This document shows, piece by piece, positions 28,951 through 41,131 of a stretch of 64,000 nucleotides of DNA (positions are counted from its first letter, which is position 1; each line of letters starts with the position of its first letter). Source of the DNA: Octopus vulgaris. Lineage: Eukaryota. The stretch spans positions 9,424,001 to 9,488,000 of the forward strand of contig OX597830.1 in assembly GCA_951406725.2 (NCBI GenBank), written 5' to 3'. The notes under the pieces are model-generated. The model saw only the letters and a program-made list of their open reading frames with translations. It had not been told where the DNA came from and searched no databases. Made by a program: the position numbers and the translations under genes.

Positions 28951-29650
28951 AGCTTTATATCATGAATATAACTGATACGAGTTTCCTTCTGAACATTTTG
29001 GAACAGAAATATTTCATACGTTTTCACCCTTTTCTTTTACTGGAAGTCATTTTTTTACGACTGCAATCCAGTGTCGATTACACATTCAAGAAATTAAATA
29101 TCTGGTAGAAAGTCCGTCATGTAACTTACGAGAAACTCGGCAGTTCTGCCTATTCTATGACTCCATTATGTCAAGGTAAAAGTAATCTGAAAGTGTTAAG
29201 ATCTTGAAGGATTTAACAATAGGAGAGCGTTTGAGTTTATTAAACAAATCTTGTACAGCAAGTTAACCATTTTATGAAATCCTGTGATACATTTCCTCAA
29301 CCAAAATTCGAATCTCTCAATTAGAAAAAAACAAACAAAAAAGAAACTATTATTGCAATGCAATTCAAAGTTTGTTAGAAGTATCTTATCCCGATGATCA
29401 CTGGCTTCAAACCACTGAGTCTCAATGGGACCAGCACAGGCAGCAATATTTGGTATAAAACCGATCAGTAACGGGTTAGTTTACGTGTAGGGTCAAGAAC
29501 TGTATCTTAATTTCAAACTTTTAAAAAGCATTGTAACCTTAGCAAACACAGTAAACTCACGGAAACTATTTTGTAAAAGACGATTTGAGTTCATTTTATG
29601 AAAAATAAAAGTATTTCATCCGACCCTTGGTTCTAAACCAAACTCTGCCA

Positions 29651-29740
<90 letters not shown>

Positions 29741-29821
29741 GTCTGTCTATCTTTCTATCTGTCTGTTTGTGTGTCTGTCTTTCTGTCCATGTCTTACATT
29801 GAAAATGCGTGATTGTTCTTC

Positions 29822-30064
29822 ATTGGGAATCTAATTTTGTTAAGGGTAATTTTAATTTAGGGGTCAATATAATATATATTACATCATACTGTACTATACT
29901 ATATTATATTATATTATATTATATTATATTATATCTAATTGGGAATCTAATTTTGTAAAGGGTAATTTTAATTTTGGGGTCAATATAATATATATTACAT
30001 CATACTGTACTATACTATATTATATTATATTATATTATATTATATTATATTATATTATATCTAT
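29822..30064 (+). repeat. Direct tandem duplication, ~116-bp unit containing (TATAT)n
   Basis: Copies start at 29822 and 29938; they differ by 2 substitutions and pentamer-repeat length. Confidence 0.9.
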
Positions 30065-30079
30065 ATATGTATTTATATA

Positions 30080-30128
30080 TTTTCTCTTTTTTTTCTTTCT
30101 TTTCCGGCATTGTCTGACGGTGACCCAG
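30080..30128 (+). promoter_or_regulatory. Candidate 3' splice acceptor for the Maf coding exon
   Basis: A ~25-nt polypyrimidine tract at 30080-30105; the first downstream AG is CAG at 30126-30128, followed by a purine-rich GAAGAAGAGGAAG ESE-like run. The tract itself ends in TTTCCGG, one base away from a canonical TTTCCAG. Confidence 0.55.
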
Positions 30129-30172
30129 ATCCAAAGAAGAAGAGGAAGGTGTGAATCTTGTTACTTTACTCA

Positions 30173-30970
30173 ATGGAGTCGACACAGCATCTGACAGATG
30201 AATATATCACAGATTTTGATCTGGAACAACTGGAGATGGTACCAGTAATTAAAATGGAATCCGACAAGGATCGTTTCTCAAGTACATGCTGTAGTAATAT
30301 ATCGGAGTGCTCCCAATCGGCACCGACCAGTCCCGATGATGGAGAGTCGAGCATGTCATCCGCGTCTCCGGACGTGACCAGCTTGCAGCCACCCGTGAAA
30401 AACTTCATGGAGGAAATCTACTGGTTCACAAACACACACAGCAATCATGACATATCTCAGAACGGAGTGTTAGATTTGTTTCTAAGCAACTCCTCACCGA
30501 ATCCGAATATGGGAAGCAGTAGAAGCCAGTCAAGGAAAAACAGCACTTCGTCCATATCATCATCAACGTCCGCATCATCATCATCAGTGTGTATAAAAAG
30601 GAGCTTCAAAGCGCGATCGTCGCCCGATCTCGCCAAATGTGAGCTCAATGATGACGAACTGGTATCGCTGCCGGTACGTGACCTCAACAAGCGGCTACAC
30701 GGGTTTCCGAAGGACGAAGTGAGCCGTTTGAAACAGAAACGTAGAACGCTGAAAAATAGGGGTTACGCCCAAAACTGTCGTTCAAAGCGCATGCAACAGC
30801 GAAACGAGTTGGAGCGGACGAACAAATCTTTGCAGCAACAGTTGTCGGTGATACAACGCCAAATTGGACTGGTTACACGTGAGAGAGACTATTATAAAGA
30901 CTGCTATGAGCGGCTACAAAGGAAACGAGATAGTTCGTTATCCAGTTCACCAAGTCCACTAACTGAATAG
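30173..30970 (+). CDS. maf: Large Maf bZIP transcription factor (traffic jam / MAFA-MAFB-c-MAF-NRL family), 265 aa, uninterrupted CDS
   Basis: N-terminal EYITDFDL matches vertebrate EYVNDFDL. IKME is a SUMO motif at the VKKE position, SAPTSP resembles the GSK3 S/T-P cluster, and EEIYWF resembles LEDLYWM. The extended homology and basic region [49 protein letters not shown] is followed by a leucine zipper. ATG at 30173 (the ORF track starts at TTG 30158), in-frame TGA upstream at 30152, stop TAG 30968-30970. Confidence 0.97.
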   Translation: MESTQHLTDEYITDFDLEQLEMVPVIKMESDKDRFSSTCCSNISECSQSAPTSPDDGESSMSSASPDVTSLQPPVKNFMEEIYWFTNTHSNHDISQNGVLDLFLSNSSPNPNMGSSRSQSRKNSTSSISSSTSASSSSVCIKRSFKARSSPDLAKCELNDDELVSLPVRDLNKRLHGFPKDEVSRLKQKRRTLKNRGYAQNCRSKRMQQRNELERTNKSLQQQLSVIQRQIGLVTRERDYYKDCYERLQRKRDSSLSSSPSPLTE

Positions 30971-31538
30971 ATAAATAAATAAAACAAATTAATAAATAAA
31001 TAAATATATTATATTATATATATGAAGGAATTATTGAGGAGAAAAGACAGAGAGTAATTGACAGCAATTATATATGAAAAAGAAAAAAAATTAAATAATG
31101 ATGAATAATGTTATGGATAATAATAATAATAATATTTCTGAAACAATTGAGTTAGCAAAAATAAAAAAAACAATACAAAAAAGATACAACAACAACAGCA
31201 ACAAAGACAAATCGTGAACTAATAAAGAAATTATTATCATTGTTATTGCAATCATAAATGATGATTAATGCAGAAAGCATCTCATTTTCAAAGACATGGA
31301 ATGCACGGGGAGCCGCAGCAGCACCGGCAGCACCGACAGCAGCAGCAGCAGCAGCAGCAGAGTGAGAAGCAGGGGCAGCAGCAGCAGCAGCATCGACTAC
31401 AGGTGAAGCAGTAACAGAAGGAGCAGCAGCAATGTGAAACGTCTTAGGATGGAATATAGAACGTGAAAGACAAAAGTTTATCACACTCACCATTGTTCGT
31501 GGACATCATCATCAGTCGTAGAATGTAATAGCTTTGTG

Positions 31539-31590
<52 letters not shown>

Positions 31591-32337
31591 ACTATATATA
31601 GATATATATTTATATATATATATATATATACAACTATATATATATATATACAAACACATACTCACTCATATACATATACGTATATATGTGTGTATATATA
31701 TGTATGTATGTGTACATCTATGTACTTATATGTATGCATATATATATATAAGGATATATGTATATGTATATATATATATATATGCATATATGTGTGTACA
31801 TATACATATGCATATATTTATACATTCAAAAATATATATATAGATATACATATATATGTGTATGCGTACATTTGCGTACATACATAGGCAAGCACATGTA
31901 CGCATACATGTATACATGTATGCCGACATGCGTATACATATACACACATATATATATATATTGCAAAGCCTACACGCATACAACATACGTACATTCTCAG
32001 AGGAAAGCACGAGGCGTGCGGACATACATCTTAACCAAGCACATATCTATGAACACAAGGGCGTTCTATACATAGGTGAAAAAGGTAAAAAATATACATA
32101 TTGTATATATATTTTATGTGTATAGACAATCATATTTACGCCTTCGACTCTGCATGCATAAATTTGTGCATGTATATATACACATTCGCTCACATATAAT
32201 GATATACAGACATACATAAATTTGTACAATCAAAAAGTTCAAACAAATAAACACTCATATATATATATACACATATATATGTATTATATATATATGTATT
32301 ATAAATATATATATATATATATATATACATATATATG

Positions 32338-32413
<76 letters not shown>

Positions 32414-32593
32414 ATGAAAAAAGGGGGTCGAATTAATTAATTATTAATAAATATATATATGTATATATATATATATGTATATGCGTTTGTTCATACGTAT
32501 GTATATGATACATTTACACTGAAATATACATAGATTCATACAAAATTCTTCACACATGCACGCATGCGCTCACAAAAACACAGATACACACAC

Positions 32594-32641
<48 letters not shown>

Positions 32642-32826
32642 GACACATGCACTCCGCACATGTACACACAATCCTGAAGTTTTCAAAGAAATGAAACATG
32701 ATAAAATATTAAAATAGCTTTAAGAAAACGTAAACTAAATTTATCAAAAAACAAGTAGGCAGAAAGGTTATTTTTTTTCTACATGCATCCTCATACAGAG
32801 ATACTATTAAAGATACATATAGAACA

Positions 32827-32877
<51 letters not shown>

Positions 32878-33123
32878 CGTTTAATTAAAGCTGAAAATAT
32901 CTTCACAAACTGTTACTAATGGTTTCACGTTGTCGTTCGTCAGACAATTGTGATCAGCTGTAAGGTCAGAGAACTATCACCAGTGTTCGAAGAATGGTAC
33001 CGTAAAACTCTGAGTGACAGATTGGGGAGATTTTCTCGGTTTCGATAAAAAGGCATACCGCTCAACCTTTGGTATACGAGCAACACCATGTTTTGAATTT
33101 ACATACTTGCTTGTGTATATACA

Positions 33124-33194
<71 letters not shown>

Positions 33195-33277
33195 TATATA
33201 TATACATATATTATATGTATACATATGTAAATATATATATATATATATTATATATATATGTATACATATATATATAC

Positions 33278-33324
<47 letters not shown>

Positions 33325-34014
33325 TATGTATGTATATATATACATGTATACATATGTTCGTAGACAGAGAATCATTGCAAAACCACACCAATGTCCAAAA
33401 AAGAAAAAATATCACTGCAAAAAACAAATCGAAAAAAGAAACAAAATGAAAAGAAGAAACGATAGAAATACAACGATCTAATAATTCAAAAGACATATTT
33501 TTTGACGGAAATATTAAAAAAAAACCAACAACAAAATCAGCAGAGTACACAAATAAATGAATAAAAAACAATATTCAACAAACCCAAAATGCATGAAAAA
33601 TTGATAAAAAAAAGTAAAAAAGTGGAGGAGGAAAACAAACTGTACAACAACACTAAAACGTCGATAACAACAACAACAACAACAATAATGAAACGCGAAA
33701 ACGAAAGCGAATGTGAAAAAAAGTTTTGAAAAATTTTCAAAAGAAAAAACCCCAAACTGAAACATGAAATTCGAAAAGAATATAAAAAAGATATATGTTA
33801 AACTGAAGATAATATTTTTGCGCCCCCTAGTGATCATGGGGTACTGTTGATAATTTGGATGATATATCATTACCTACCTTGGACAGGAAATAATAAAAAA
33901 AAAAATTTATACAGTAAGGACTGTTCCTTCAGAAGTTTTCTTCTTCCTCTTCCTGTTATTATTATTACTACATATTATTATTATTACTACTACTACTACT
34001 ATTGTTATTACTAA

Positions 34015-34083
<69 letters not shown>

Positions 34084-34099
34084 CATTATTATTATTACT

Positions 34100-34565
34100 A
34101 AGGTGGCGAGCTGGCAGAATCGGTAACACGCCGGGCAAAATGCTTAGCGACATTTCGTCTGTCGTTACGTTCTGGATTCAAATCCCGCCGAGGTCGACTT
34201 GTCCTTCAGAGTCGATAAAGCAAGTACCAGTTAAACAGTGGGGTCGATGTAATCGACTAGTCCCCTCCACACAAATTCGAGGCCTTGTGCCTCCAAAAGA
34301 AAGGATTATAATAATAATAATAATAATAATAATAATTATTATTATTATTTTAGAAGGCGGCCAACTTGCAGAATCGTGACCACGACGGACAAAATGCTTA
34401 GCGGCACTTGGTCCGTCGTCACGTACTGAGATGAAAATCGTAGAGGTCGACTTTGCCTTTCATTCTTTCGGGGTCAATATAATAAGTACCAGTCGTGTAC
34501 TGGGGTCGTTATAATCGATTTCCCTTCCCCTCGAAAACTGGTGGCTCCTGTGCCACAATATTTGA

Positions 34566-34570
<5 letters not shown>
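34100..34570 (+). mobile_element. Two tandem SINE family B copies embedded in (ATT)n
   Basis: Heads at ~34100 and ~34352. Confidence 0.85.
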
Positions 34571-34635
<65 letters not shown>

Positions 34636-34942
34636 TAACGATTGTTTTGCATACTTTGTGAAAAGATTTGAAATCTGCTTTTACTCTGTTGTTGTAAGAA
34701 GGTCGTGTTTTTTTTTTCTCTTTCGCGCCAATTCAAATAGAAAAAAAAGAGTAAAACGAAACCATTGTTTTATACAACACACACACATACACACAGATAC
34801 ACATTCATCTCTTATGTGATATATATAATGTAAGATATATGTATATATGTATATAACTACACACGATGTATTAACAATCACACATTTAATGCGAACGTAT
34901 CTATACTTGCATATACATACATATGTATATGTATACATATAC

Positions 34943-35016
<74 letters not shown>

Positions 35017-35023
35017 ATATGTA

Positions 35024-35060
<37 letters not shown>

Positions 35061-35218
35061 CGATATGTTATATGGTATTGTATAAAGCTTTGTCCGATTG
35101 AAGGTTCATATCTCGAACTTCTAGGTTTTCACGATGTAAACACAAACGCACATACACACATACAAACATGCACACACGCACACATACATACACGCATATA
35201 TATATACATATATATATA

Positions 35219-35272
<54 letters not shown>

Positions 35273-35365
35273 TATATGTATATATATATATATATATATA
35301 CGTATGTATATATATATATATATATATATATACATGCATATATATACATATATACACACACGCAT

Positions 35366-35398
<33 letters not shown>

Positions 35399-35953
35399 AT
35401 ATGTAAATATAAATCAAGAATACATCCGAGTGAGAAAATTGTCGCAATTACGCTCTTAAATTCTTGTCTTTTGATTACCCAAAGGATTCTCTTGGAGCAA
35501 TCATTGACGCAGAGACTTTCAGACTTTTCACATTGGCATCACACTTTTGAAAACCAAAACGCTTTCCTGACACATTTATTCAATTCTCATGGCAATTAAA
35601 CTTCATTTCACGTGTCACAAATCGCATGTCTACTTATGTGCAAGAGAATCGTCAGAGTTTTAAATATATTCTACAGCTGAAACATTCGTTTAAAATTCTT
35701 CCGAACCGACTTAATTACGCGATGCCCCTACAAATTGTTGACATTGTAAAGAGAAGCGACGTACAGTTTGGAGACTTCTGCCTCAAGTCTTTCCCAAGGA
35801 CATGAATTCTTGAATTACCGAAATGCTTATCAGAACTATGAATGATATATTAAGGATTTGGTCTGAGTATTGATTTCTAAAAAATTTTGTTTGTAGTCTT
35901 GCAATATAAAATGACACTGTGTACACGCAGACAGGCAGGCAGGCACAGCTACA

Positions 35954-36028
<75 letters not shown>

Positions 36029-36193
36029 ATAGTTGGTCGTGAAACGTAAAGTGGTGATGCGAAAATAATTCTTCAGAATGAACTGGCATAATAAACTAAT
36101 TGAAAAAGAAAGACTTCAACGTTAATGAACGTATAAATATTAGTCTCAAATGATTTTCATTAACATCAATAATTAACGTTAATGAAGAGTCTA

Positions 36194-36237
<44 letters not shown>

Positions 36238-36239
36238 AT

Positions 36240-36577
36240 TGTAGTGGAAATGATACACCCCTTCCACAAGACAGCCACTACAGAGTGAGACGAGATCACC
36301 CAGTGCAGAGAGTGGTGTGTCAGTCGTTGTTGAGTCGTTGTACGAGTTCTCGGTTGGAGTTAAGTGTCATTTACGTGTTACAGTCGAGTTCGAGTGACAG
36401 TCAAGATAGACGGTTCAAAGTCGGTGTCTTGCAGAGCTATCAGCGATAGCACGACAGCCGAAGTGGTGTGTTACCATTCTGGTATAGAAGAGATACACTG
36501 TATCCAATACCAAGAAAATATCATGGCTTCTAGAGTAAATACGACACCTACAGTCATAACAGCGACCACACATTACA
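36240..36577 (+). mobile_element. Possible solo LTR
   Basis: Non-repetitive ~340-bp block bounded by TGTAGTG...CATTACA (TG...CA, imperfect terminal inverted repeat), with AGTAAA near the 3' end. No clear TSD. Confidence 0.25.
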
Positions 36578-36624
36578 ACTGTGGAAAACACCCACATCAC
36601 AACAGACTCTTTGACGGAATTGCT

Positions 36625-36735
36625 AATTTATGGGGACATAAACACACCATCACCGGTTGTCAAGCAATAGTGGGGGACAAACACAGACACAGACACACAC
36701 ACACACAAATACACACATACACGCACATGTGTGTA

Positions 36736-36776
<41 letters not shown>

Positions 36777-36917
36777 GACGAGGTTCTTTCGGTTTCCGTC
36801 TACCAAATCCACTCACAAGGCTTTGGTCGGCCCGAGGCCAAAATAGTTGTCACGTAGCGGGACTGAACCAGAAACCATGTGGTTGGGAAGCAAGCTTCTT
36901 ACCACACAGCTACACCT

Positions 36918-36920
<3 letters not shown>
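36625..36920 (-). mobile_element. SINE family C copy
   Basis: Reverse-complement match with an internal microsatellite. Confidence 0.75.
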
Positions 36921-36954
<34 letters not shown>

Positions 36955-36959
36955 GTGAG

Positions 36960-37470
36960 CGCAAGACTATCATGTGTTGTTATACATCGCTGATCACAAT
37001 GCGCTTTGCATCGTTTTAGGTTTAGAATGATGCGATACTGTTATCTAGGCCAACGTTCCCTCCGATTTGAAGGCTACTCCGTTGTAGGTTAGATCATGGG
37101 AAGCTGAAGGGAATGGAACAACGTAGAACAAAGTGTTCTGCTCAAGAAAAACAACACGCTGCTCTGTTCTGGAATCGAACCGTCGATCGTTAATTCGTGA
37201 ATTCAACACTCTAACCACGCGCCTTCACATATACATATATTCATATATATAAATTCTTATCCAAAGGTCCTACCCGAGTCATAGGGCCGGTTTCCCTGAT
37301 TCTGTGGCTAAATACTTACGTCCTAGATAGGACGCCAACCAGTCTCGCGGTGACTCACTTTTGCCTGCTGAATGGACTGGGGTAAAGTGGAATGAAGTGG
37401 TTTGCCTGGTCAAAGAATCGAACACACAAATTTACGATCATGAGTCCAACCCCCTAACCACTAAGCCACA
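36960..37470 (-). mobile_element. Two degenerate SINE family D copies in tandem
   Basis: Both show CTAACCAC at the head end and a TCAAGAA-like body similar to 17885-18135. Confidence 0.6.
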
Positions 37471-37839
37471 AACCCCCACATACATATATACATACACAAT
37501 CTCACGCATTTATGTTCAGACATACATTTATAAACTCACACCTATACATTCACACACGTGCTTCCTTTTCTCTTTTTACTAGTTTCAGCTAGAAAGCTGC
37601 AGCCATGCTGGGGCAGCTCCGTGCCTGCTCACCATTTTCTCTCGACAGAGTGCTTTTACTAATTTACGTTACGACTATTGTTGATAGGCTCTGTAGCTGT
37701 GCTCAACACAGGTTATAGAGCCCGTGGGATGGTAGCCAAAGTTGACCTCTGCGGGATTTGATCTCAGAAACTAGAGGGATGAAACTGAACAATGTAATAC
37801 ATGTAGTCCGGCGCTCTGTAACCCACGAAACGACAATCA

Positions 37840-37906
<67 letters not shown>

Positions 37907-38864
37907 TTTCATGTATACTCGCAGATGGACATGAAAAAGCACATATACATAATAACACGCACATACACAGCCAGATACATACGTGTGTGTGTGTGTGTGT
38001 GTGTGTTTATTTATAGCCATACATATGCATAGGCTTTATACATACTAAGAGATATACACACACATATTCCTCACACATGCAGACATATATATACACACAT
38101 ATACAAGCATACCCGTTTAGTTATACTGCAAGGAATAGATTAATTCTTCGCATTCAGAGGTACTCTTAATGTACTCCTTAAACAGAATCATGGCAACACC
38201 TTGTGTGATAAGGCTGGATTTTTCTAATTACAGGCCACCTCCTTTCTATTTAAATGTCTGTGGGTATTGTTCAGAAACGCGAGGAAGTACCCCATACACG
38301 AGTGTAACTTTTACATGATTATCCAGTAGAATTAATGTGGCATTGTCTCTGACAAAGGTAAGAGTTCAAACCTCAAGTGGAATTCATATGAAGAGATTTC
38401 ATTTGATACCCAGAATTTCTGGCTAACCAAACTTCTATGATTTTAAAACTCACAATAGAAGACCCATGCCAAATACGGTTCGCTCTCGGGATAAAAACTG
38501 GCAGCGTTTGAATGTGAAACGAGTATCGACCCGCCACCGCCAAAGTGGAGAATGAGTAGGTGTGTGTCTCATTAATTTCATAGATCCGTAGTTGGAATTT
38601 GAGCCGGCATTATGCAGTAACAGACCAGTTGTGGATTTTATATTGCTCTTACCTATATCACTTGTGATACTATTCAAGCATGTGGACTGACGTTTACTTA
38701 CAGCTAGGCGACCTCGGCTGCTGATCGCTGAACCTGTGATTCGGAATTTAGCTGACAACATCCGAGGTAGTTTTCTGTCTATCTATCTCTCTGTTTCTGT
38801 CTGTCTGTCTCTTCTCTTGCACTCTCCTGTCTTTGAAAGAACTTCAATATGTGACCGCGTGTGA

Positions 38865-39032
38865 ATCGTTGGCGATTTTCTTCCCCCGTCTTCCCTTCCT
38901 TGGGCCTTTCCTTTTTCTATGTTTCTGACGAAGAGCTCCGCTCGAAACGTTAAGTCCTCCTTCTTTCTTTTCTTCCCTGAGCGTCCAATAACACTATACT
39001 TGTAACACGTCCTCGCGTTGATGTGTTTTCTC
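38865..39032 (+). ncRNA. Short repeat (Penelope-pLTR/retrozyme-like) containing a minimal type I hammerhead ribozyme
   Basis: GTTT-CTGACGA(38925)-A-GAGC TCC GCTC-GAAA(38944)-CGT-T-AAGT: intact core, 4-bp stem II, and a palindromic ACGT in place of stem III. A second copy of the repeat lies at 10595-10770. Confidence 0.7.
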
Positions 39033-39241
39033 TTTGCTCTTTTACTCTTTTACTTGTTTCAGTCATTTGACTGCGGCCATGCTGGAGCACCGCCTTTAGT
39101 CGAGCAAATCGACCCCGGGACTTATTCTTTGTAAGCCCAGTACTTATTCTATCCGTCTCTTTTGCTGAACCGCTAAGTGACGGGGACGTAAACACATCAG
39201 CATCGGTTGTCAAGCAATGCTAGGGGACAAACACAGACACA

Positions 39242-39311
<70 letters not shown>

Positions 39312-39478
39312 TACGACAGGCTTCTTTCAGTTTCCGTCTACCAAATCCACTCACAAGGCATTAGTCGGCCCGGGGCTATAGCCGAAGACACTTGCCCAAG
39401 ATGCCTCGCAGTGGGACTGAACCCGCAACCATGTGGTTGGTTAGCAAGCTACTTGCCACACAGCCACTCCTGCGCCTA
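39033..39478 (-). mobile_element. Full-length tRNA-derived SINE family C (bipartite, with internal (TA)n(TG)n microsatellite)
   Basis: Head AGGCGCAGGAGTGGCTGTGTGG...GGGTTCAGTCCC with boxes A and B, then a CTTGGGCAAGTGTCTT body, an internal microsatellite, and a 3' half ending GGCGGTGCTCCAGCATGGCCGCAGTCAAATGACTGAAACAAGTAAAAGAG. Confidence 0.9.
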
Positions 39479-39764
39479 TGTATGTTTGCATTTTATAAAG
39501 TGTCTTTATCATATGAAAATGGTGGTGGGTGTTACTGTTAAGCTTTACGCTTTCATTGTTTGAAGTCTGATCATTATTGTTGCATCTTTTAGACTTTGAT
39601 CTATGATCATAAACAATCTTGCCATTGCCATCCCATTTGTTCAGAAGTAGTTTACCTCAGGCAATATTACTGTATCCTCCATAAGAGCAGACTTTTAATT
39701 GTGCAAAATTTGGTTGCTATTTCTGTTAAGTCAAACGACTATATGAGGTTTCATTTTTTTTGTC

Positions 39765-40182
39765 TTTTACCTGCTTCAGTCATTTGACCGCGGCCGTGCT
39801 GGAGCACCACCTTCTGTCGCGCAAATCGACAGCAGGACTTATTCTTTGTAAGCCTAGTACTTATTCGATCGGTCTCGCTTGCCAAACCGCTAGGTGACGG
39901 GGACGTAAATAAACCAGCATCGGTTGTCAAGCGATGGTGGGGGGACAAACACAGACACACAAACACACACACACACACACACATACACACACACTGACAC
40001 ACACACATATATATATACGACGGGCTTCTTTCAGTTTCCGTTAACCAAATCCACACACAAGGCTTTCGTCGGCCCGATGCTATAGTAGAAGACACTTGCC
40101 CAAGGTGCCACGCTGTGGGACTGAACCCGGAACCATGTGGTTGGTAAGCAAGCTACTTACCACACAGCCACTCCTGCGCCTA
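39765..40182 (-). mobile_element. Full-length SINE family C copy
   Basis: Close match along its whole length to 39033-39478. Confidence 0.9.
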
Positions 40183-40511
40183 GTACTGTCTATTTTTCTG
40201 ATCAATTTTAGCAAATCACTCTTTCCCAATCTCTAGTCAGACATCTCTCGCGACGGTGACATCATGTCACGTATGTCACGTGATAACCAGTTCCTTCTGT
40301 GGCGCGGGTTTCTTTGTTGTTTCGTAGAAACCAGATCTTTGTCGTCGTCAGGATTATTTTGGTAATCATTATAAATATTATTATTGATTTCGCTCATTAG
40401 TAGAAGATCAAACAGTCGATATTTGTAGAGTATTCACTCAACTATATACCATTATTTACATTAGTCAAACCTTTGGGTGATCGATATTACGCACGCGCAC
40501 ACAACACACAC

Positions 40512-40547
<36 letters not shown>

Positions 40548-40897
40548 TAACAAAGACACACATACGCGTGCACGCAAATGCACACATGCATACACACGTA
40601 CAAACATACACACATACAGCCATACATATACACACGTATACTCACACGAACGCGCACACACATATGCACACACTGACACACACGCAGGCACCCACGCACG
40701 CGCGCACATTTCTCTTGTCCTAGAATTGTGACGAAATCCTAGGGACGCCATCATGTAATACAGAATACCATGGCCACTGAAAATCTGGTGGAAGCAATTT
40801 CTCTTCAGGTTTAACAACAGACGATTTATTCCATCGTTGTGTGTGTATGTGTCTATGTATCTATGTATGTATTATGTATGCACATATATGTGTGTGT

Positions 40898-40939
<42 letters not shown>

Positions 40940-40996
40940 CGATGCTGACTGATGAGCAACGTTAATCTTTACACAATTTCGTCAATAATAATTGTA

Positions 40997-41131
40997 TTTT
41001 ATAAGCTTAAGGCTTATAAGTGATCACATCGCAACGACTGAAGGAAATAGCTTATATTTCCCATTATCAGACTATTTTCTTTAGTCGTTGCACGGTCACG
41101 GTGATCGCTTATAAAATCTAAGCTCATAAAA
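40997..41131. repeat. Imperfect fold-back inverted repeat (MITE-like)
   Basis: TTTTATAAGCTTA..TTATAAGTGATCAC..GCAACGACTGAAGGAAATAG pairs with CTATTTTCTTTAGTCGTTGC..GTGATCGCTTATAA..TAAGCTCATAAAA. Confidence 0.75.

Noticed and set aside
30968-30982. traffic-jam-style C-terminal stop-codon readthrough
   Set aside because: TAG is followed by ATA AAT AAA TAA, so any extension would be only a few residues.
31152-31493. Minus-strand poly-Ala ORF
   Set aside because: (GCA)n repeat in the probable Maf 3' UTR; no coding evidence.
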